Shown here: piece after piece, positions 25,001-37,500 of the stretch
Layout: the number at the start of each line of letters is the position of its first letter
Numbering within the stretch: the first letter of the stretch is position 1
Source: Raillietiella orientalis
Lineage: Eukaryota
Length of the DNA: 64,000 bases
Assembly: GCA_036172245.1 (NCBI GenBank)
Contig: JAYWIR010000018.1
Span: 2,914,001-2,978,000 of the forward strand
Direction: 5' to 3'
Notes under the pieces: generated by a model
Databases searched by the model: none
What the model saw: the letters and a program-made list of their open reading frames with translations, nothing else
Told to the model about the DNA's origin: nothing
Position numbers and translations under genes: made by a program

Positions 25001-28000
25001 GATGGTTACTCATATGCATGTGTAGCAGCTGCCAACTGAAGATTGAATGAATTACCAGAAAACCCAAGTTGTTAGCTCGTCGTCGGAGATGCGATGTGCT
25101 GCACGTTCGCTACCGATAGGGAGAAACAGAAAAAAGGGACCTCTAAGTGATGTGTTCAGCAATAAAAAACCTTCCACGCCCCTGTTCCTTAGATGATTTT
25201 TTTTTTTTTTAAGAACATTCTAAAAAACTGCGGTTCATTCGAACGACGAACTGCAGGTGATCGCTCTCGACAAGCATCTTCATTTAATCAATGTTTCGGC
25301 CGGATCCGACAACTTTTCGAACGACATCCATCGGAGGGACCTTTTCAGCGTCCTCGTCGAAAACCCGGCAGTTCCTCCGCGGTACCAGAAAGCTGTTCGC
25401 ATCGTGAAGCCTGCCACCGGATTCGACAGTCCAAAACAGCAGCAGGCTCGCTGGACGCCTAGAACACTCGGAAGCGCCAGCATCCCTGAAGCAGAATTCC
25501 AAGAATCGAACTCCCGAGTATCCAGGACACCTGCAACCACCTGCTTAGAATTAACCCACTTCGATTTAACGCGTTGCGGGAATCTAGGATTTGGTAGGAC
25601 AAGAGGGACTTGATGGCCCCGAAATGAACCGTGGGACCGCGTAAAGTCACGCAGTGGACGCGTCGGTGAGCTGAGGCTGGGAATCCGCTCTGATAGGAAA
25701 GAGTACATGGAAAACTGCATCCCGGAAATCACTGAAGCGATCAATGACACACCGGCTTGCCTTCCATTCATCAACCGGTACCAAGATTCAGAAAATGTGT
25801 TTATGTTCCCATGCATTCGAATGGCACGCCACTCTGTCTCGCGGTTAAGCATGGCGCTTCTGTGCTGAGAATACGTGCAAGAAGCAGAAGGGATGGGCAG
25901 GAGAAAATGCGGGGACCAGAGTCGCAGCTGGGAGCTGTCACCACCACACGCTCGTTACCTGAACTCCACGAGCCTGTTCCTCACGACGATGGCAAAGAAG
26001 TCTCCTTCGAGATCCGGGAACTGAGACGAATACAGGAGAACTCCTTCCTTGAAATCCAGGTCGGGTTTGAACTCGATGGAAACCTGGATGCCGGCTTGCA
26101 GCTGCTCTGTGATTCGAAACTCCATCCAGGAAGTTGCACGAAACTGCGGCATCACAACATCACCTTCTGAAACGTCCATCAGCACTAATAGTTGGGAATT
26201 CAAAGTGGGGGGCGAAGACTATCAGAAAGAAAGGGGGTGAGGAAGTGGAGGGTCTGGGTCGAAAATCATGACAGAGTGGGTTATCGTGCACCCTCCATTC
26301 ACACGAGTCGATAACGGGGACTCAATTTGTAACACGAATGCTTTCAAGCGGGAGAGAAAAGCGAGTTCAGGGACTTCGGACAGGAACCGAACGAGTAACT
26401 CTGCTGGGATGGGTCACTGAAAAGTTGGAATTTCACGAGCCTTCCTAAGCTTTCGATGATTTTGAAAAGAGGATGCTGGAGAACCAAGAGTTTTGGGTTC
26501 GAATCCCCACTTGGAGGACCGACGTCGAGAATGGAGGGTGAGTCCTGGCTTTCGAGTCCTCCCTCCCTTGCAGGATGACGCTGGTTGGCCTATTCGGATG
26601 TAGCAATGATGGAAGTCGGAAACCGGATGCCCCCGTTGACTGTTCGAGATTGAAAGTCGACCTTCGGGGTCCTTCTGGAATCACGGAGTCCTTCGGGGTT
26701 CCCCTCCAGTCGAGAAAATGGAGCCTACCATCGCCTACCATGGAGCTGGTTGACTGATACCTCTCCAGAGTGTCAAGCAGTGTGCTGCTCATTTCGGCGA
26801 GCGACTCTTCACGGGTGGCGAAGATCGATCTAGGGCTCTGCTCCCGGTTCAAATGAAATTTTGAGGAAATTCGCCCTTCGGGAAAAATTCTGCTGCAACG
26901 CTCGAGAGCGCGCGCCAGTGCGCGGGCTGAGACTGGCGTGGTGGTGGTCTTCACGTGACACAACTCTTTCCTGGTAAAATTCCAGACTCGGTTCCGCTCA
27001 GGTGACTTGCTTGCCCGTGGTCAGCGATCCCGAGTTCGACGGTGGTCGATCACTTTCGATCAGCGCGGCGCCATGCGACGTTCGAAACGAAGGGAAAGTT
27101 CGCAGCCGAAGGCGACTTTCAGGAAATCGCCAGGGCGGCAGATGGGAAAGGAAGGGACACCTGTTGGGCGCAAATTTTCGGAAACTTTGGAGAAGCGCGG
27201 CGGGAGCCAGGGAAAATCCAGCAACTTCCAGGGATGCATGAAAGACGCGGGGTGCGCGGAAGAATGGCACCACGGACGTGCTCTCTTTGACGTCCGTCGA
27301 CGGAAAGCTCGAGAAAAGCCTTTTTTGTGTGTTTCCTTCCTCTGTTGTTGCTGTTAATCATGATGCAGCGTTCGTTGCAGAAGAAGCATTTGCATAGCCA
27401 TGGGCACCTTGAAATCCACAGAACCCAAATTCTACTTCTTTCTACTTTTCTATTTTATCTTTTTGTTCACTTGTCTTTTTTTTTTAAACTGAATTTCAAT
27501 TTTCAAGATTCATCTAATCATTCATTTGCGTTTCATATTCTATTTTTAAAGTTGTTCATTTGTTTTTTTTTCATCTCCAAAGGATTCACTTGTGTCTTTG
27601 AATGGATACTTGTAGGACGGAGTGGAACCTGGAGTGTAGAAGGTGCTGGTGGCAGAAAGCAATGTATGTGCGATGATCGCTAATGTACTAACACCTTTGC
27701 ATATTCGAAGCATTGAAAGGAAAAAGAAAAGTACTCAACGGATTTCGCAGGCGTCTCCTTGGTAACCAAAAGCGCAGATGCATCGTTGTTGCCATCTGTC
27801 AAGCCTGATCTCTTCCACGCAGTGACCTTTGCCGCACTGCAAAGTGCAGTTGCGTTCCTCTGTTGAGTTTTGCACCAGAGGGGAAAAGTGCCGACTGTCG
27901 GAGGTCCGTTCGCCTGGCGACGCTTCCGGGTCTTCCGTCAACTTAATCTCCACGTAAGCGTCTTTCTCATACACGAGGCTGCTCGAAGACGACTCATAGG

Positions 28001-31000
28001 TCAGTGTGTTGTTGTTTGGTACATCAGCTAAAAAGAACCACACAAAAAAAAATAAAACGTGAGACCTATCAAAGAGTCAGTTGGGCCACGAACACTTCAT
28101 ACTTTGCACGTGCATGAAACACTCTGAAACACGTAAATGCAGGGATCTCGCGGGACGGACCAGCAGCGGGCAACCCGGCCCTCGCGGCTGCAGACTCGGC
28201 CCGACAGGGTTGCCCACCGCCGAGACCGACAACATCGAGTCTCCTGGGACAAGAAGCCCCACCGTCATCGGAGCATGCTCAATTAATGACGAAAAACATT
28301 AAGGAAATTGGTTCGGAAGGTGGGGTTGTCCTGTGGCATAAACGGCGATCCCACATCCCGAAATTGATTTTTACGTCGAGCTGCGCGTAGGTCACGGCGC
28401 TGGGAATTTCCGAAGCAGCAGTCACTACAAGCAGTGACGACCCACACATCAAGGAGGAAGGAAAAAATGCAAAAATCATTAAAACATCATGAATGCACGT
28501 GAACGTATACATACGTACAGACAAGCATCCACAGATAAATGCACACATTTTGCATGGTTGAATTTACATTTGCTACGACCGTTGGTTTTCCGTTTCTTTC
28601 GCCCGAAAGAGCATCATCATGACAATTCTTTGCGCTGTCACTAACAGAAAGGCGACAAGCCATCATCATCCCATCATTATAATGCGTCGGCCGGGAAGGA
28701 TTCGCATGTGGCTGACACGAAAATTCTAATGATCCGTTGTGAGTTTCATGCCTGGTAACGCTTCCGGATTGTGCAAGGGAAGCCGTTGGAGAGGGAAGGA
28801 TTCTGCTACCCGCTTGGCAGACACTTCCAGGCGGGAGGTTGCATGTTCACCCGGTCGTGCCAGGGATTTCTTGTAAAAGATGCAGCATTCCTATCAGAAA
28901 ATCTTCCAGCCTTTCTGTACAGAAAGTGCAGTGCCAATGCAGAAAGACTTTACAGGCGGGAATCTGCAAGAACGTCTGTTGTGGGACAGGCTCGCGTTGT
29001 CATTGGTCCATGAGGTCGACGAGGTCGGCGTCGACGCGTGTCGTGCGTCCACATTATGGGCGCTCACGAAACGCGTTGGACCTGCTGCTCGTGGTCCACG
29101 GACAGCCCGTCGTGCCAGAGAGGGCCACTCATCGCTGGCATCTCTCGTACTCAGTAAGAGCGAATTTGATGAGGATCGGTACTTTGCTTTCAGAGAGCGT
29201 TCATCGAAGAACACACCGAAGAACTACGTGGATAACCAGCGTTTCGCTGGAATTGGAAGCGCGCCTGTCGTCTCCCAGCATGAGGACCTAAAAACTGTGC
29301 CCAACGGATTCTATGGATCCCACCACATGAACGAGCACTGGCTTCGCCTGATGGCACCCCAGGGAGGGTTCCATTAAAGAGGTGGATCGCAGTTTCGTCA
29401 CGACTTCACGATTCGCTTGCAGCAAGAAATGCAAGAGAATCTTACTGCTATTGGAAGAGCAAATGCGGGAACCTATTTGAGGCTAATAGTGCAATGGAGC
29501 ATCTTGGGTTCAGAAAGAGACCATTTTTGGAGGAAAACAGAAAGAAAGGAAGGTGATCTGTGCGCACGGGGAAGACCCGGATATCCGATACATTGCTCTG
29601 CTCTTCTATCTCTTAGACGTTGGGAAGCGCACCTGGAAGAGGAACGCAGAATCGTCCTGTTTGGTCTCTCTGTGGATCCATCGCCGAATTCAACATTTCG
29701 CAGTATCGATCTGGCCCTATTCTGGGCATCCGGTCTGCGAAGGATCAGTCTTCTGCGAGTGTTGATACTCACGGGACTGCAGAGAACAGATGATGGGAGC
29801 TGTGGATTTCGACCATCCGCTTAACCCTGGGATCTCGTCGAAAGACAAGCAATTGCTATGGTTTGGGGAAGCAGAAGATCGATCGCTATTCAGAAAACAT
29901 CGAGGGTTGTGAGCTGCCCCTGTCGTGCGTGGCTGAGTGAGACCTCGGCATGCCGAACCGCACGTGGATTTTTCCACAAACTGCCACGCGTTTCGCTCCG
30001 GAATTCGATACTCCGAGGGTGCTGGCCACAACGCTTCACGTGGTCATCATTTTTTTTTTTTTCTTCTTTTGATATCATTCACATGGTCATTATCCATGCA
30101 GTTCTTCACATCTAGGACGCACATTCTTCTCCTTTTGGTTCTTGAGGAACTCGCGTCTTTTTCAAATTCTGTCGGTGTGCTAAGACCGAGAGTGGAAAAT
30201 TCACTCGCTATCTTGACAATGCCTTTTTTGAAAAAAATAAAATAAAAAGTAAAACGTAAAAAAAGGCATGAATTTTTCGGTTTCCCTCCTCTGCAGTGGG
30301 TACCTTCGCGAGCAAAGGAACGCAGAGATTTCGCTCGTCAACTGGTCCGCAATCCGTGTCCATCTGCATAACCCAAACAGCGCGTGACGTCACAATCCGG
30401 CCGTTTGCGCTAAATGTTTTTCTAAGTAGCTCCAAAATCAATGGGACCGAAACGAGTCCCTCTGGAGCTTCGATTCCTTCCGGGACACGAAACGGAATCC
30501 AGGGAAGGAGTCCGAGGAGGGGAGGGGGAGGCGAAGGGAAGACTTCAGGGAAAGCGAATCACCACATCTTAGCCCCGCGAGCGCTTCCGCAAAGAAGCCA
30601 GTGCTCCCTTCCCTGGTCGCTCACGACAAGCTCAGAGGGAGATGCCGGGAGGACTTCCTGAGGCAGTCGCACGTGGAGTTTTGCCAGCCCCTGTCCTGGT
30701 CGCTCTTCCGACGGCGTCTCCGGGTTCTCTCGTGCTCGCGCACACACCGACCGCCGCTCTGGAGCACGGCGCGGACCTGCTCCTCCTCCCCTTGCAGCGC
30801 ACTCCTTGCTGGTTGTCCTCGTCAGCAATGGAACGACTGCATCTTGCGGAAGCTGACCGAAGGGACAAGCGCGTTTCCTTTTGCTATCTGGAGGGGTCTC
30901 AAGGCCAGTACGGTTCTAGAAGAGCGTGCAGCCAGTCCGTGGTTTTTGCAAGGTGGCTCGGGGTGGTCAGCGGAACGAGAGAAACCCTCTCTAAGATCAC

Positions 31001-34000
31001 GACGTCGCAGGCACCCTCCAGCACTTCTGGCACTCCGCGAGTGGCTTTCGAAGGTAGCGGCGCTCCGTTTGCTCTCCTCTCGGGAAGACTTGGCATCTTC
31101 CCGGCAGCAGTTGAGAGCTGCCAGGGTTCCTGAGAACAGAGCAAGTCGGGCTTTTCAACGGAGTGTGTGACACCTGAAGACGCCCAAAGCCATCAAAGAC
31201 TCGCTGAAAGGGAAGGCGCGGTCTCTTCTTTAGTGCGGGGAGAATCACCCGTTGCTGCGCGCGCCGTGAGAACAAGACGCTCAAGCACCGTCGCGCGACC
31301 CCGAGGTGACCGTCGATGCTCCCGAGCCGCGTAAGACCCCCACCGTCGCCGGAGTTTTTGGCGGTGCGCGAGTTTTCCCCCCTGCCGGATGCGGGGAGGG
31401 AAGCTGCGACGCTTCGTGACGACGGACGTTGGCGCTAGAGAAGTCGCATTTCCCTCGGGGTCCTTCCGGGAATCAAGGAGCACAGGTTTCCTTCGAGGTT
31501 CTCTTGTTATCAAAACGGAGCTGCCCCTTTTTTCGGGGGAGATTTTCCATCGTGTGCCATGGAGCTGGTTGATGCCTCTCCAGAGTTTCAGAAGTGCGCT
31601 GCTCCCTTTGGGAAGCGCCCCTCAGAGAAATTGGGAAGCGTCCCTTCGGGGTTCTCTTCAGAGGAGGAGGAAACAGGGAGCGGTTCCTTTGTGGGTTCCC
31701 TCCGGAGGAAAAATTCCAGGAGCGGATCCTCTCCAGGTTCCCTCCGTGGAAGACACTCGCTCACAGCGACTGCGAGATGCGTCCGCGATCCGGTCCAGAC
31801 TTGAATTCTTCGAGAGCTCGGAGTAGTCGGGAAATTCCAGCATGGGGGCGTTCGAAAGTTTCCGGCTTTTCCTCCTCCCCCTTGGGGTTTCGATTCTGCC
31901 CGTCGGAGGACGAAGCAGTGGATGCGACGAAACAGTCAGCCTAAGAACCGGCGCGGATTGACGGACGGGAGCAGCGGAGCCGTACATCCCGCTGTGTTCC
32001 CGGGAGCGCGTTCGCATCAAAAGTCACAGTACAGGGAAATCCGTTGTACGTACTCAGATAAGATCTTGTACGTCGAATTTATTTCCACGCAGTCTTTTTC
32101 TCACGGGGTTAGATTCAAGAACCGAAAACACACACACACATACACACCATTCTACGCTTCAGTGCACCAGACTGAAGGCTGTTCTCTTCCAGAAATCTTT
32201 CACATAAGCCACTCATCTATTCCAAGCAGTGTACTCGTCTTCAACGACTTCGATGGTCGATCGAAGAGTCGTTCTGATCGGCTTCTGCGTGAAGGCCGCG
32301 CCGACCAAGGTTCGCAGCTTTTCAGATCTCTTCGAGACGACACGCGAGCACTCAAAGAGCGATTTCCGGTCATGACGTGAGGCGAGGAGAGTCTCCTCGC
32401 TGTCGGGCTGCTGCTCCTCCCCCGGCCGGTGGCGGCCGCCGAGGTGATTCTTCGAAACGCGCCAGCAAGGATCGCCTCATCGAGTTCGGAGTTCCTTCGA
32501 GAGCGTTTTTTCCTACGAGCGAGCTCTGCTCCCCCCACGCCTCTCGCAAATCGTCGCTCAAGAGATCACTTATCTCGGCGCCACCAAAGGAGCAATTCGC
32601 GATTTTGGCTGGATTTTTGTTCGAGCAGGTTTCTCCTTCCGCGCTCAGCCTCTTGGCCAGCACCCGGCACGCGGCTTTCCCCTCTTCTGGTTCCCAGTTT
32701 TCTTTTTTTTCTCTCTCTCTTCAAAAATTACAAGCACCTTGAGAGCAACGCCATCATTCCTCTCTGTGATCAGAGGCGCATTGCCTCGAGAGCGGATTCA
32801 GCTTCGGAAAGGACTCCCGGAAAGGAATTGGAGGCACTGCTCTCTCCCTCTTGAAAATTGCAACCATCCTCTCCTATTAAAATACTCGAGGTCACGTCAG
32901 CATTACGCGATGCCTTTCCGGTCACGTTCCATGAATTTCGATAGCTCGTCTCTCCCCATCTTCCTACTTTTACTTCGATTCTTCTCTGTCACTGAGAATC
33001 CCTTCAGAAGATTACCCGTCATACATACCCGAAACCTCCCGAAAAGGTGCACTTGCACTTTGTTAGGTCGCTGAGCACCAGGGCTGCGTGTTTTTTTGAA
33101 TCGGTTTGTTTTCTGGAAGTCCCCTATTGAATTCTTAGGGACGCGATTCAACTGCGTGACACTCTTAGTTAAAATGAGGAGAGATGGAAGGAGGAGGATT
33201 AAGAAGGGAGGAGGAGAGGACAAGGAAGGAAGAGGAGCAGGAGGAAGAGATTCCTTTTTTCCTCCTCCTCCCTTCCGCTTTTCTTCATCATCCCCCTCCT
33301 CTTCCTTCCTTCCTCCTCACATTAAAATGAGGATGGGAACGATTCGAAGGTGGGTTCGATTCCGGAGCTGCTGCTCCGTAGCTGCCGGAGCGTACACAGT
33401 CTTCATCGGAGAGTTTCCTTGATTTGGACTCGAACCCTCGAAAAATCGTCTGCTCCGAACGTTTTGTCTTGGCATCCAGAAAGTTCATCCTCATTGACGG
33501 AGTGAAAATCTTAGGATTCCACTGGAAAGCCAGGCGAGGTCAAATGATGACACGTCCTCCCAGTGTGCGAGCAGACGCAGATACTTTTAGAAATCCCAAG
33601 ATCATTAAGGGACGGCTCGGTACACTCGAAATCATCAAGGAGCGTATTAAGCAGATTTATACGAAGGAAAACACACAAGAAAAATAATGGAATTTCCGAA
33701 AATCAGGACTTACGAAGTGGACTTAGCACCGTACCAGGTAGTCATAGAAAGTGTACAAAGACTGTGTGTTTACCTAGACGCGGTGACATCGCGGTTCGCT
33801 TTGAAATACCCGAGGTGACGAATACACTCCCTGCATGAAACGCATCCAGGAAAGGTGACTCTCAGTGTTCATTCGCAAGCGGTTTTCCATAAAAAGAGGA
33901 GGAAGGAAAAACAACATGGACAAAAAAAAGGATGGATGATCACAAGCATCGGCAATCTCCGAGCAGTGCGATACCTGCGAGAATCTCGTAGCGTTGTAAG

Positions 34001-34507
34001 CCCTTGTGCAAGAACGCCGGCGGAATGAAACGGAAACGAAAAGGTATTAACGAAACGCAAGAGAGGTCTTCGGGTTCTCTTCGATGACGCCCGGCTTTCT
34101 TTTGAACGTACACTCATCACAGAGTTGCAGAGTGCCAAACTGAATCTTCAGGGTGCAAAGCGTCGTTTTCTGACACTGTGTGCGTAATTCGCCTCCTAGT
34201 GACGCCGGTTTATAGGTGGATGGAAACGGTATTGACTAGCATTACAGATTGAGTGCCTGGGGAAAGTATCCGAAAGAAGAACCGACTTTGGATTTTCGGC
34301 TCTTCAGACAGCAGAAATCCTTTGAACTGGTGAGGGGATTTCCGATGGCTCCAAATGGCCGGAGACTTGCTGCGCGCTTTCGGTCCGAAAATGGCGCCCC
34401 TTGCAGAGCATTCCTTCTACAACGTGGGGTATGATCCATCAAACAAGATTACTTGCCATACTGTATGTATCTCATTCTACACATACATAACGTAAACACA
34501 CACACAT

Positions 34508-34544
<37 letters not shown>

Positions 34545-37500
34545 TGCAGAAGTTCACCATATGTGACACGTGGAAATTGCAAGTTAATAAACTCAAGGCG
34601 GTTGGTACTTTTCAAAGTATACATCAGTATCTACGTAGATTGCATTTGGTTCCTGGATACGTTTAAGCAACCGCCTCTGGCACTTTCTCCTTGAATCGAT
34701 CCCAATTCCCAACTCAGCAAAGGTCCTGATGCAACGGGGGACCGTGAGTGACGCTCGAACGTTCTGCAACTGCGAGAGCAACTCCAGCTGCCCGCCAGTG
34801 TGCAAAAGAAATCATCCTTAAGCAAACTGCACGGCTTCCTAGATGGCACAATGTCGACAGCACTGTTTTTTTGCCCGAAGATGAATTTGGCCGTTCGATT
34901 CCCGTGTTCCCGACGCCCTAATACTCCGCAGAGGAAGTAAGCAGTGCTGGTGCTCCTCTGGTGGTCTGCAGACGTGCGACCCGTTGCTGCAATTAGCCAT
35001 CACGGCGACAGGATAAAAAACCAGGACACGCGCGTAACTTCCGCACTGTTCAAGCTCCACGCGAGATGCCTCTGGAGCCCGTCTCCTCCGCCCTCCGATC
35101 CGCCTCTGGCGTGAGCGGAAGATCCTCTCCTGAGCAGCGAGTTGGTGTCTGGCAGCCGCTCTTTCCGAGCAAAGAACAGCGTTGCAGCTACGACTCGGAT
35201 GGCGTTGCTATTGACGCACAGCGTCTGAGATTTTGTTCTCTCGAATCACGTAAGCGCCATGGCGCTCTCGGCGATCCGCAGATTTCAACCTCTTCAGCAG
35301 TGCTTCCAGGCAGTGCTTCCTTGTTAGGGGAACTAGAGGTGGGTTCAGCGTAGGCCATCAACACATGAGGCGCTCGCGCCGAAATTCCATCGCCTCCGAC
35401 TGAGATACCTTCATTTCAGCAGCCCCTCTATATGGGATGCTGGCGAGGCATCTCGGCCTCATCGCGGAAGTCACATCCGTAGGTTCAGAGCCTGTTTCCT
35501 CTGTACGTTACTCGGAGGTCCTCCGAGTTCGAAAGACGCACAGGTGCGGAACCTTTCTGCATCTCCCGAACTTTGCTGCTCGGGACCCTGAGAGTCGCAG
35601 ACCTGACCACCACCGATCTGTTCTTTACAGCAGCGCCCTCGCTCAGCAAGCAGCTGGACCACCGTCGGCCAACGCTCACTCTTCACCTACTCTTTTCATT
35701 CCGCTCCACGTTCGAAATTCGAGTCGTCTTCCGGCTGACGCTGCTCTCGGGAAGTCGCCGGAGGCGTATTTTTTGGCTTCCCCTTCCCCCTTTCCTCGTT
35801 TTTCAAACATTTGATCCTTGCATCGAAGGAAGGAAAGCCGCCTCGCTTTCCCTGTGCGTCGGAAGGACTTTTCGGGATGTCCAGCCCTTCCCGGTTTCCC
35901 CCGCGCTCAGCCGCAACTTTCGGTTTCACACGGGGAACCAGAGGCGGAGGAAAGGCTCGACGACTCCACCCCGCAAGGAATCGGCCCAGAACTCACGTGC
36001 TTTGCCTCGCTGCCGATCAGAATCCCGAACGGTCACCAGAAATAGACGCATGCTTGCCAGATGCACTTATTAAGATTCAGATATATACATTTATAAGTTG
36101 TTGTCGATACATATATATGTGTTATGATGGTTATAAAAGATAAATACATATGCTTATTATATACATCAATATTTGTAGATAACACGAATATATATACATG
36201 ATATGTAGATATATATATATGTGTGTGCATAAATATATATATCACCATATATGATAAGCGCATATATTTATTCTTTATAATCTTCGTAATATGTATCAAC
36301 AACTTATTAATTGCATTAATAAAATGTATATTAATGAATGTTAATAAATATTTGTTCAAATAATATTACTGTTCATACTACGCATGTTCATTAAGGTGAA
36401 TGTCTATGCACATTAAAATGAATTTGTATCTTAATGTACGTAGCATAAGCACGCATGCACTTGTTTTTTGTGACCCGGGACTGGGTTTTGTGCAGGGGAC
36501 CCCTTGGCTGCGCAGTGACTCCGCCTCGCTTTTGCCCCGTCCTGGATGCATCCAGAAATGGCAGCGCCGGCGGTTCGCTGGGAGATTCAAGCCAGGGAAC
36601 TCTGTGGTAGAGAGTGCTCAAGCGCGCAGCGAAGGGGTGAGGAGAAAGGCCGATTTGTATTGTGGACATCACCTGACCATTCGCGGAGGAACGCCGCTCT
36701 CCGACAACACACTCACACACCTCCGAAGCGAGCGCGGGGCAGCCCTGCTTTTCCCGCCGCCCGAAACCGGTCGTGTCGTCGGCGCGCTCCCTTCGCGCCG
36801 GCATCTTCCAAGGGTGTCGAGCAGCAGCCGAGTTCTCGGCGCGGAGCTTCACTTCCGGAACAGCTCTCGGGGGCTCATCCAGAACGGATTTACGATCCCC
36901 TCCGCGGTCTATTCCCATTGCAGTGTTCTCGCTGCTTCCCTCCCCACCGGTCTTCGCAGGAGCATTCACTGCGCTCCGTGAACCCCATTATCCGATCCCT
37001 CAGGACCCCTCGTTTCCTTGCAATGAATGTTCCGACGGCTCGGGCACACCTGGAAGCCCCAGCGCCATCCGCGCCCCGCGGAGAAACGCTGGGCAGGGCC
37101 GCGAGAGGTCTCGCAAAAGACATGCCCCGAGAGGGAGCCTTCGCCGGGCCGAACCGAGGTTCAAAGGTGGGGCTCAGCTGCTGGCTGTCGGCTGATCGCC
37201 CTCACCCCAGTCGTTCTGCCTGCGGAGTCTTCCACCCGCGTGCGCGATGCGGCACTTTGGAGGAGAGAATGAAGTCTGTCAAGGCGCCCATGTGTCGTTC
37301 CAGCTCGAAACTCTCGGAGACACGCCCTCCATTGTCCCGGATGCTGTGGCTAGTGGAGGGGTTCCCCGTTCGGTAGCCTCGCTCACTCCCAAAATTCCGG
37401 ACCCGCGTCGGAGGCCATGTGCGTCGCGGGTTCGAATCCCACCGGGGAAGGATCGATGCCAGAGAAATGGGTGCGTCGTGGTTATTCTCCCCGCAAGATG

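Noticed and set aside
28077..28268. Possible extra coding exon just upstream of the linker exon
   Set aside because: Not required, because exon 51075-51191 splices in phase directly to 28027. The peptide has no domain features and its duplicate at about 20.9 kb shows no codon-like conservation. It is not formally excluded as a cassette exon.
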